From Epithemia pelagica (Eukaryota > Protista > Bacillariophyta), in contig OX337241.1 in NCBI GenBank assembly GCA_946965045.2, positions 992,001-1,056,000 on the forward strand: a stretch of 64,000 bases of DNA, in the 5' to 3' direction. This document shows positions 10,901 to 19,435 of the stretch, piece after piece. The notes under the pieces were generated by a model. That model searched no databases. It worked only from the letters and a program-made list of their open reading frames with translations, and was not told the origin of the DNA. The translations under genes were made by a program, and so were the position numbers. Within the stretch, counting starts at the first letter, position 1, and every line of letters starts with the position of its first letter.

Positions 10901-12221
10901 CGCAAACAAATGGCGCACCACGCAAATTGACTACGTCCTCGCTTACCCGCAGGCACCAGTCGAACGCGAGGTCTACATGGAGATTCCTCGCGGGTACGAA
11001 CTCGCAGACGGAAAGAATAAGCAGGACTACGCATTCAAACTCCATGCAAACTTATACGGGCAAAAACAGGCGGGTCGAGTATGGTTCCAGTACCTCTCGA
11101 AACGACTGGTCGAGGACGTGGGATTCACCAAGTCCAAAATCGATGAGTGTGTGTTTTATAAAGGGAACACAGTGTACGTGTTGTATACAGATGACTCCAT
11201 AATAGCGGGGCCAGATCAAGAGGAGATCGATCAAGTCATACAGGAGATACAAGACGCAGGGCTAAATATCACGGTGGAGGGAGACATAAAAGACTTCCTG
11301 GGGGTAAACATCGAACAGCAACAAGATGGGACAATACTGTTCACCCAACCACACCTGATTGACAAGATCCTGTCAGCCCTTAGACTGGACGGCAAGGAGG
11401 CAAAACCCAAGGACGCCCCAGCCGCATCATCCAGGATCCTCAAACGTCATGACGAATCATCACCTTTTGATAACCACTTCAATTACCGATCGGTAATAGG
11501 AATGATGAATTACCTCGAAGCCGGATCGAGGAGTGATATATCATACGCAACACATCAATGTGCTCGATTTTGTTCCAACCCACGCAAGGAACACAGTGAC
11601 GCAGTGAAATGGCTTGGTCGGTATCTGCTGGGAACCAGAGACAAGGGAATGACCTTCCAACCAGACCAAGACGCAGGATTGGAAGTATACGTGGATGCCG
11701 ATTTCGCAGGCAACTGGGATCCAAAGCAACCCGAGATCGATGCGGATACGGCACGATCGCGACACGGATACATCATCCGCTACAAAGGATGCCCTGTCGT
11801 ATGGAAATCACAGTTACAGACTGAGATAGCCTTGAGCTCGACGGAGAGCAAATACACGGGGTTATCATACGCTTTGAGAGAAGCAATCCCATTGATGGAA
11901 ATCCTGAAGGAGCTGAAGGGACACGGCATCGACATTGCCGACAGCAGGGCAAAACTACACTGTAAGGTCTTCGAGGACAACAGTGGGGCGCTGGAAATGG
12001 CGAAGGTCCATAAATTTCGACCACGAACCAAACACCTGAACGTAAAGCTCCATCACTTTAGGGGATACGTGGAGCGAGGGGATATCACGATCCATGCTAT
12101 TCCCACCACGGAACAACTGAGTGATTATCTCACCAAGCCATTGGCCCAAAACGTTTTGGCACCACTGCAAAAGATGGTGATGGGATGGACGACTACAATT
12201 GTGCGCGAGAGGGAGTGTTAA
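7989..12221 (+). CDS. pol: Copia pol (protease, integrase, RT, RNase H); no gag
   Basis: GIDNRCS (protease), HYDFGH...CSAC (integrase zinc finger), VSVDQ/HADN (integrase), YTDD (RT), YVDADFAG...EDN (RNase H). The reading frame is open from 7929. Confidence 0.92.
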   Translation: MAHQVVKGILIMTELVTYIVDDNPEEEQDPQDWLSRALHATNKGIERIGGRLHARIKSNRNGRPRSIQHQLNTSRRHKVSLRILAAVIAMSVGMSNGARQVGTFDTDSRLVGIDNRCSGCISHRREDFPGELTECKRAIKGFGGARTYNVWQGTLQWDWDDDQGIPHRMTIPRSYYVPEGHVRLLSPQHWAQTRKNQDKRGGAGTTTTAQHVTLFWNKRENRKTVPIDSEHTNVATFALSGGYESYHQYCRETNTGTKDDDRDPITIDELRVDATVVSDDEDASDDEDNGEPTQEQQGPSDWPMEDEQNDNNKPREFDINGKQATTLDEPAPNIIIDEEERLPTPTAELLQCHYDFGHLPFTKLQRMARDGTLPSRLSKCKVPVCSACQYGKATKRPWRSRNRRDREAERPPSKPGEVVSVDQMESPTPGLIAQMTGFLTKKRYKYTTVYVDQATGLGFVYLQKSSGAEETLEGKLAFERYAMARGVKIAAYHADNSIFKAKAWVDACNRQNQPLTFAGVGAHHTNGKAKRRIRELQDMARTMLIHANRRWKNAITANLWPYAIRHANDCLNAAPNMQQPSKRSPLQLFSNTPVNVNRKHWKLFGCPVYVLDEALQGNKPYHKWKHRARVGIYLGQSPIHNRNVATVLNRFTGHVSPQFHVKFDKSFDTPRQGFLESHWQHKTHFSATPERANVHRTPEPEGGQTPPKTGNKRARIQEPTETPASEPTQQQNDNAQPRNESPPTIPTEDGQDPSETTGTPNTTGEGSTSRQQRRRTTSERRGQREQGGSTPTEPSPSQKTRFGRIIRPVQRLIEIMTTEIVANTTYSEQAVEGELFCLETMFPHDPPASPNDSLLAYKAAASDPDTMYHHQAMKEPDAEQFMNGMQQEMDRQFTDGNFSIIHRSQIPKGEKIFPGVWQMRRKRDIKTREIKKHKARLNFDGSRMEKGIHYDQTYAPVASWASIRLILALVAANKWRTTQIDYVLAYPQAPVEREVYMEIPRGYELADGKNKQDYAFKLHANLYGQKQAGRVWFQYLSKRLVEDVGFTKSKIDECVFYKGNTVYVLYTDDSIIAGPDQEEIDQVIQEIQDAGLNITVEGDIKDFLGVNIEQQQDGTILFTQPHLIDKILSALRLDGKEAKPKDAPAASSRILKRHDESSPFDNHFNYRSVIGMMNYLEAGSRSDISYATHQCARFCSNPRKEHSDAVKWLGRYLLGTRDKGMTFQPDQDAGLEVYVDADFAGNWDPKQPEIDADTARSRHGYIIRYKGCPVVWKSQLQTEIALSSTESKYTGLSYALREAIPLMEILKELKGHGIDIADSRAKLHCKVFEDNSGALEMAKVHKFRPRTKHLNVKLHHFRGYVERGDITIHAIPTTEQLSDYLTKPLAQNVLAPLQKMVMGWTTTIVREREC

Positions 12222-12402
12222 AATATTGGAAATATCGCCTCGCGTGCTCAACGGTCACAACGTATGCGCTACACAATTTTGGGGAACGTACACACGATTC
12301 CTACGGGATCAATCCATTCCATTCCACCCTAGATATAACCTTATAATCTCTTTTGCCACCTGAGTCCAACTCATCTACTTGGGCCGTAGGAGAGTTTTCA
12401 CA
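12216..12402 (+). repeat. 3' LTR of Copia 1 (187 bp)
   Basis: Starts TG directly after the PPT, ends CA, and has an imperfect 8-bp terminal inverted repeat. Confidence 0.93.
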
Positions 12403-13242
12403 CATATCTCATTTCCTCCACCACGATAACAACACGGGCCATGGTGTTGCACAGGTTGTTGTGCACCTATTTGGACTCTTGAAACCTGTCTTCCCAGTCA
12501 TAGACCTCAAACCAATAGTGTAGAATGCATCTGCATCACCAAAGTTTAAAGGTTAAGGCTGTTATGCATCAGACTCATAGGCGCCATGCCTCGTGGCACA
12601 GGCACGGACGCGACGTCTCCCAATTTCGAACGAAGCAACTCAAAGGGACAATATGGCTCTTATCTTGCATTGTTTGAACACCTATTGATCTACAATACTC
12701 ATAACAGTAGTAGTTACGCGCTGCATTGATAGCAAAACATCAACTCTCATGTATTTTCATGCCATCATGGTCTCCTATTGTGCCTGTATTACGCGTCACT
12801 GTATTGGTCATTTCCTAGAGTGGCCCGAATCCACTGTGTCCCTCACAATGCACTGCCATGGTACCCAGATGAAGCATATGATGGTCGGATCATGATGGGG
12901 TGGCCATTGGAGGTCACCAGCAACAACAAAGTTTGATTGTCGTGTTGTTATCGTGGTGGAGGAAATGAGATATGCCTACCGTCAAGATCCAGCGAACAGA
13001 GAAGGGGGTGTTTCAACGAAATTACTCCCTCAAAAACACCCCCGCTGGGGGGGTAGGAGCGTGCGGCAGCGTTTAAATAGATATTTCCTTTTTTTTTGGC
13101 ATGCAGAAACGGGGACCATGGGAGCAAGTGCACGTCTCATGTCGATCGCCAAGACTCATTGCAGCAGAGAGACGGGAGCAGCGAGGGTGCACACGATAGA
13201 CGAGTGAAACAGGAGAAATGATCAGGGATCACATTGAGACAC

Positions 13243-14478
13243 ATGCGCACAAGACAACCACGCTGGAACTCGTCCCTTGATCGGCAACGTACGGCCATAA
13301 TGACACTGCTTTGTGAAAGGCTTCGTTCCAATGATGAGACCCTTGGACCCATTTTGTATCTGGACGGACGACGGTTTACGGCAAGAAGCATTCAGGACAG
13401 TCTGGAGGATCTCGCCGAGTGCATTCCCTACAACACCCACATTACCGGAGTCAAAATTGGAGAACGCATCGTCCAATCCTTGACGGGGGTGGACTTGGCA
13501 ACCTTGGTGCAACATGTGGCATTGTTCCCAGAGTTGCAGCATTTGGAAATATCCTTGTGGGAACGAGATCTCAATCGAAGGAAACGGATGGATGCATCGA
13601 CATTGGCCACATTTTTGCAATTGGCTCGAAACCTACAGTCGATAGTCTTGTGGCCCTTTCTATGGATTGCCACCGAACAAGACTTGGCCTTGTTGAACGA
13701 CGCGCTATACCAGCATCCGACCTTGCAATCCTTGCATCTATTAAATGTCTTGACTCCGGCCGATCCAACCACCAATTCCATTCACTTGAGTTCCCTCCTC
13801 ACTACAGTGGCCACGGTACCCCACTTGAAACAATTGCAGATTGCACCGGGATTTCAAATCCGACCCACGGGTGGCTTTTTGGGGGCTCACCAGCCGAGCA
13901 GCTCGGAACCGAATGGCTCGTTTCGTTCGTGTTGTGTGACAGAATTGATTCAAAGGGCACCCCGGCTTGAATCCTTGGCCCTTCGCAATTGTGGCTTGAC
14001 CAATGAGCACATTGGCAACCTGGCAACCCACGCACTCAACCGCAATACCACGTTGACTCATTTGGATTTGCGCTTCAATCCTCTAATTACGGGACCGGCA
14101 GTATATCAAGCCTTGGTATCCGTCTTGGAACAGGACAATTTGCACTTGAAACATGTCGATTTGGATGGGATCTCCAGTACGTCTACACTGTTGCCCCTGG
14201 AGGATTTTGTACTGGAACGGGAACTCAATTTTTATTTGCGATTGAATCGGGTCGGACATTACGACTTTTTGCAAAACCCTCAGGCGACACATCGCGATCG
14301 CGTCCGTGTCTTGGAACTGTGTGCTTCCATGGCACGAGAAGCACAGGACGAGGATGTCCCGTACGAAGGAAAGTCGGAGATTCACTTGAATCTGGTCTTT
14401 TATTTGCTCCAACGGAATCCATCCGTCATTTGTCAAGCGGCAGCAACAACAACAACAACCAAACATGCCTCGTCCTGA
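13243..14478 (+). CDS. Leucine-rich repeat (RNI-like) protein
   Basis: LxxLxL repeats (LQHLEISL, LQSLHLL, LESLALRNCGLTNE, LTHLDLRFN) and a C-terminal YLRLNRVG...VFYLLQRNP motif typical of diatom LRR proteins. Confidence 0.8.
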   Translation: MRTRQPRWNSSLDRQRTAIMTLLCERLRSNDETLGPILYLDGRRFTARSIQDSLEDLAECIPYNTHITGVKIGERIVQSLTGVDLATLVQHVALFPELQHLEISLWERDLNRRKRMDASTLATFLQLARNLQSIVLWPFLWIATEQDLALLNDALYQHPTLQSLHLLNVLTPADPTTNSIHLSSLLTTVATVPHLKQLQIAPGFQIRPTGGFLGAHQPSSSEPNGSFRSCCVTELIQRAPRLESLALRNCGLTNEHIGNLATHALNRNTTLTHLDLRFNPLITGPAVYQALVSVLEQDNLHLKHVDLDGISSTSTLLPLEDFVLERELNFYLRLNRVGHYDFLQNPQATHRDRVRVLELCASMAREAQDEDVPYEGKSEIHLNLVFYLLQRNPSVICQAAATTTTTKHASS

Positions 14479-15208
14479 GCTACAAACAGGTAGAGAGGAG
14501 AACGAGAGAGCTCGACAGCTCGATGTCATTTCGTAAAGACTCATGTCTGGCTTTGCGACATGAGGTCGGCCTAAATGGGAACGAGGATCAATGGACGGGG
14601 CAGGAAGTGGGTGTTTTCCAAGGCCCCTTCTTGAAAACATCCATCAATGCAGCTATAAGGAATGTACTCTTCCTAGTAGAGAGGTGTCTTTGAAGGACCT
14701 TGCATAGGTAGGAGTAAAGAGATACTCCTAACTCCTAATACTCCTCTAGAGGAGTAGCAAAAGGAGTAACTATTGACATTGATATGGGTCTAAGTCCTTC
14801 CATGGGTAGCAATGGTAGCTTCAAGACATCGCGAATCGTGACTGATCATGTCTTGACGACATTGAAAGGACAGGCATACGGCCAATCAGAATCGAGATGG
14901 TATGACTTCAAGAAGGGGTGCGTCGACGACACAGAGGCTGACACCATGACCAAAAGTGCCGAACCGAAAAATCCCAAATTCGAAAAAAATGCATTCTTTT
15001 GACATCTGATGATGTTGTCTCTCTCCCTACCCGAATACAAGGTACTGCAAGCCTTGCCATTACGAATAGATGCGCCAGCATTGCGCCACGAAATTCCTTC
15101 TTGTGTTCAAATAGGCTGTTAGCTGTCACTCATACACACACAAGCATCCGCATCATATCATTGTGAAACAATTTCATAGAGAAATCACTGTCCAGAACTA
15201 CTAGCAGG

Positions 15209-16476
15209 ATGTGGAATGCCTTGGGATTGATTTCTTCCGCTGCCACCATTGTGTGGTCCATCCTGACAACCATTCCCAACAAGGAGGGCAAGGAGAAAGG
15301 CTCGCACTCTGTCCAAACTTCCTCAATAGCGACGACGACAAGCACCAACACCTTGTTTCGTGGTTCCATTGGTCCTGAAACCAAACTCTTCTTGTCTGGA
15401 GTTGGTACGTTTTACGTTTTCTCTGTTCGATCGATCGGCTTTGATCCATTCTCACCACTCACAACAACCCCTTTGTCTCCTTTCTTTGGCGCGCGACCGC
15501 AAAACTACTCTATGCGGGCCATGACATTGTCACTGTACATACTTTACATGTCATTTGCACTTGGATAGCCGTTACCTTGGGAACCCAACAAGTGTATCGT
15601 TGGCTTGTGCGACATGGTTACTATCAAAAGATCAAGTATCTATTACTATCACCCTTGTACAATGGATATATCTCCTGTGTCGACAAGAGAGAGGTTCCGC
15701 TACGAAAACCAACTCGAATTTTAGGGACCAAGAATAAGAAAGGCACCAATAGCAACACCCAATCACAACCACAACGACGACGACAAGACGTGGACAGCCG
15801 ACCCGCGGTGCCGTCGGATCATGATGTGACCTCGACCGAGTTTGGATCCGTGACTCGACTTCTTTCACCCGATCTTGTGTCGTCCTTGGTCACGACCGAA
15901 ACTCTTCACATTTCGTGGATTTGCATACAACCCAATTGTGAATTGCCCAGTCAAACCTCTCCCCCCTTTGTCGAGTTTTATTACGTTCTTTCGGGATCGG
16001 GACGGGTGTCACAACAGGGCATGATTGAAACCATGACCATCACGACCGGAGATGCCTTTGTCGTGGATCCCTGTTCGATGCGATGGATCTCGTGCCTGAC
16101 AACATTTCGCCGAGGAAGCAGCGAGGACGAGGACGACGATATCCACGACCATGACAACCAATCATCAGACAATGATTCCTCCTTGATTTTGTTGCGAGTA
16201 ACCGATGGTGGTTCCCTCTATTCCAAGGCGGAATGGAATCACATTCGATTGGATCCCGTCCATGCCGAACGATTGATTCGTCAACAAAGCAACAGCAACA
16301 GTCGTAGTCGTCGTTCTTGGACTACCAAGAGTGGATGGCAACAACTCGTGTCGCAAGGAATGCACCGAGTCCAGCAATTGGCGGCCGAATACACTACTAC
16401 TGGATCCAGTAGTACAAGTACGATCCACAAGGATGACCCTCGCGACAAGGACACGGCCAATCCACGAACGCACTAA
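15209..16476 (+). CDS. Cupin-domain protein, 2 exons (15209-15404, 15569-16476)
   Basis: A phase-1 GT-AG intron at 15405-15568 joins LFLSGV|AVTLGTQQ. Cupin motifs EFYYVLSGSG and TGDAFVVDP are present. Confidence 0.7.
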
Positions 16477-16690
16477 GGTCTGTGTTTTCGACACAAGAGA
16501 GACTTGTGTTCTGGGTAGAATCGTTATAAATAGTGGCTGTAGACTTTTTTTTCCAAAACGGCATTCTACAGCAGCACAGACCCATTCGGGCGTTATGTAT
16601 TATGGAAGACTCCGTATCAGCACATGGATGCTCTCTGCCATGATGGTTCTTGTGTGTTGTACTACAACAAGAACGACTCGTTGTTGTGGA

Positions 16691-18334
16691 TTAGAGCAAC
16701 ACCTTGACGGCCGGAGCTTGGAGAGAGGTGGCTTGGGCATACATGTGCGCATATCGTTGTTCTTGATCGGGCAAGGGACATTCAAAACTGTCGTGTTCGT
16801 CCACAAACGACTCGGACGAGTCCAAAAAGACCCGGACGGGCACCACGGTCCGAAATTGCCGTCGTTGCACATAGGACCACGACGGCGTTTCCGATGACGA
16901 CGATTGTTGTTGTGAGTCGGTGGGGTGGGAACGCATGGCCCGATGTCGTTGGACATAAGGGGACAAGGAACGGGACGAAGACGACGGCGAACGACGCGGA
17001 GATGGCGATTGGGACATGGACGACGAAGAGGGAGACGAGGATGGAGTGGACACGATCGAGGGCGGTGCCGAGTCTCGAACAGACTCTATACCAACTTCGG
17101 TGCGACGAGGCGTCAGGAGAATCTCGTCTTCTCGAGTATTGGCAACCAACAGTGGCGAATGATGTGTTGTGGTTGTTGCTGTTGGACGTGGTGGGTGCGT
17201 GGGAGGTTTTCGCCGAGGTGGTTCGACCGGACGTGGCGGGATCCCAAGGTGCGGTTCGGTCGCCCTGCAATGGGACAAGGGACTGGAACTGGGCAAAGAC
17301 CTAGGAATCGAGTCGTCCTCACTGTCGCTGTCTTCCGCAACGGTATCCAGAACACGTTCCGCAATCGTTGGCAGCGTTTGTGGTGGAGTACAGGATTGCG
17401 ATTTGTAGGAATTCAGTGGCGGTGGCGGAGGAGGAGGAGGTGGTGGCGGTGTTTGGGTTCCATGGTCCCGAATGGATGGTCGGTTGGGATGGAGCATTTT
17501 CTCCTTGAGCCGTTGTCGCTCTTGCTCCTGTTGGAGGCGCTGTTTCATGGCACGAAAGCGAAGAACCGCCTCGGCAGCGCGCTGTCCAATGTTGCTACTC
17601 GTACCGCTACTCGCCGAGGAGGACGCCAACGACAAGGCCTTGTCGTCGTCGTCGCTCCTTGTACCGGTAGCAGCATCCAGGATTGGGGAACGGGAATTGT
17701 CGTTCGCAGGTGCGCTTCTGCTATCATTCGTGGAGGGCCTGGCAATTACACTCTCGCTCGTGGGCGTGATGGAGTCAATCGAGTCCGGGGATTGTGAGGG
17801 CTTGTCTCCTTCTCCTTCTTCTTCTGCCGGTGCCCCCATCTCGCATTCTTGTTCGGGTGTCTCGAGACGAGGGGGGTCCGTTATTATGTGAGTGTTGGCG
17901 ACTGGAGCTATTTCTTCTTTTCCATCGAATTCCTCGGTACCCTGATCGTTTGCCGTTTTGCATGCTGACACGTCCGGTTTGGCACAAGTCGTAGTAGAGG
18001 GTGGTTGCAGCTTGTGCTTTTGTTCTTGGTAGTATCGATGCAGATTTGTGGCGGGTTGATACTGATTGTTGGTGGGTGGCAAAAAGGGTGGTGGCACGTA
18101 CAAGAGCGACGGACTGGAATTGTACCGATGCATGTACATCGTGTCCTTGTTGTTGTGGAAACGATTCTTTTTATGTCGCACCGCCATTCTCGAAGGCAAT
18201 CGCATCACGGCCTGTGGTGGTGATGGTAGAGGTGCACAATCTTCGTCGTCGTCGTGTGGGGCACGCCGACTGGGATGACATCCACGATCTCGGCGTGGCA
18301 GTTCGGATGTGGGTGACGAGCAGGGAGACACCAT
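16691..18334 (-). CDS. Pro/Ser-rich low-complexity hypothetical protein
   Basis: 547-aa ATG-initiated ORF with a poly-Pro tract and a short coiled coil; no recognisable domain. Confidence 0.6.
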   Translation of the reverse strand: MVSPCSSPTSELPRRDRGCHPSRRAPHDDDEDCAPLPSPPQAVMRLPSRMAVRHKKNRFHNNKDTMYMHRYNSSPSLLYVPPPFLPPTNNQYQPATNLHRYYQEQKHKLQPPSTTTCAKPDVSACKTANDQGTEEFDGKEEIAPVANTHIITDPPRLETPEQECEMGAPAEEEGEGDKPSQSPDSIDSITPTSESVIARPSTNDSRSAPANDNSRSPILDAATGTRSDDDDKALSLASSSASSGTSSNIGQRAAEAVLRFRAMKQRLQQEQERQRLKEKMLHPNRPSIRDHGTQTPPPPPPPPPPPLNSYKSQSCTPPQTLPTIAERVLDTVAEDSDSEDDSIPRSLPSSSPLSHCRATEPHLGIPPRPVEPPRRKPPTHPPRPTATTTTHHSPLLVANTREDEILLTPRRTEVGIESVRDSAPPSIVSTPSSSPSSSSMSQSPSPRRSPSSSSRSLSPYVQRHRAMRSHPTDSQQQSSSSETPSWSYVQRRQFRTVVPVRVFLDSSESFVDEHDSFECPLPDQEQRYAHMYAQATSLQAPAVKVLL

Positions 18335-18868
18335 TCTCGTGTTCGTTTCTCTAGGTAATCAGAGGTGCACAAGAATGGAGCAATGGATGATTCCGAGACT
18401 GGAAATGGGATAAAGTCCTGTCTGGAACAGAGGTAATGGGGTCGGGGAATGAAAAAGTGGTACGTTGGTGTGAGATTTTTGGGGGTTGTCGAAGTGGAGA
18501 AGCAAACCCGGGCTAGTCTCTAGTGGTCACTATCACTGAATGTGGACTTCGAGGTTCTGTGCTGGGTCTGAATAATTGTGTGGTTCCATGTTCCATGTCC
18601 AATCTGGCCAAAAAACAACCCACGAGTTGTCCTGGATCCGTGTTTTGTTAGCGCATCGGTTGGTTTGTGTGTGGTCGGCCGACGCGTTGGACGGTTCCGA
18701 ACCGATACGGCGACGGTTCCATGTCCGGTCGGCGTCTGAAAAAATTGTCACGAATGAACTTTCGTAGGTATGGCTTCCGGATGGGCCGGCGCTCCACGAC
18801 TGACCGTCACGTAAATCGCAGTCGCTTTCAAGTCGCGCCGAAACAACACAATCGATGAAAATTCTGCC

Positions 18869-19407
18869 GACAAAGAGACGGAAGGGAAAGGGAATGATGA
18901 GGCCTATGCAAAACCCAAAACAAGCAAGGAAACGGCACCTACATGAAATGATTCAAACATGATCATTGTGCTCGTTCGCGTCTTTGCCACAAGCACCGGT
19001 CCGTGTCCTGTCATTCTGGAGATAGAATGGTGTCCTGCAGAAATCCTGAGACACTGTAGGAGCGATATTGCTGCAAGCGGATCCAAAGTTGTATCGCCCC
19101 TCATCGCGCTTCATTCGGGAACGTCGCGGAGAAGACAAAAACAGAAGAAGCTGCCATCAGGGCAAGAATCAAAGTTGTTTTCCATACGCAAAACAATTGC
19201 AACTCCAGTATATCGTCTTCTGTCTTTTGGTCATCTCCTTTAGATGTCGATACATTTGTAGAGAGACGAGAAACAGCCCATGGTGTTCACAAACTGTAAT
19301 ATGTGGGAGGTCAACTCTATCCATAGACTAGAGAGGTCCAGTCCCCCATCCATTCGGAAGGACATTATGCATTGTGCTGGAATGTGTGTTGGTTCCGAGT
19401 GTTCGGT
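18869..19407. repeat. Dispersed ~550-bp repeat, copy 1
   Basis: Colinear with 28472-29045, e.g. GTGCTCGTTCGCGTCTTTGCCACAAGCA and GGATCCAAAGTTGTATCGCCC are shared. Confidence 0.9.
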
Positions 19408-19435
19408 ACGTTGGGAGAACAGACGGTTTACTGTA

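Larger units (their letters stand above)
7756..12402 (+). mobile_element. Ty1/Copia (CoDi-like) LTR retrotransposon 1: gag-deleted, 5' LTR rearranged
   Basis: PR-IN-RT-RH domain order, PPT GAGAGGGAG at 12207-12215, 187-bp 3' LTR TGTTAAAA...TTTTCACA, flanking duplication CATATC (7750-7755, 12403-12408). Confidence 0.95.
7659..13055. mobile_element. Non-autonomous long-TIR DNA element (MULE-like, ~744 bp without the nested Copia)
   Basis: Termini TACCCCCCAGC...GCTGGGGGGGTA. Imperfect TIRs of ~115-125 bp (7659-7755 + 12409-12436 versus 12941-13055). Flanked by a 10-bp direct repeat GGAGCGTGCG (7649-7658, 13056-13065). Confidence 0.8.

Noticed and set aside
18904-19243. Protein-coding interpretation of the ~550-bp repeat
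   Set aside because: Apparent peptide similarity occurs in frames on both strands and both copies contain stops or frameshifts, so the conservation is at the DNA level.
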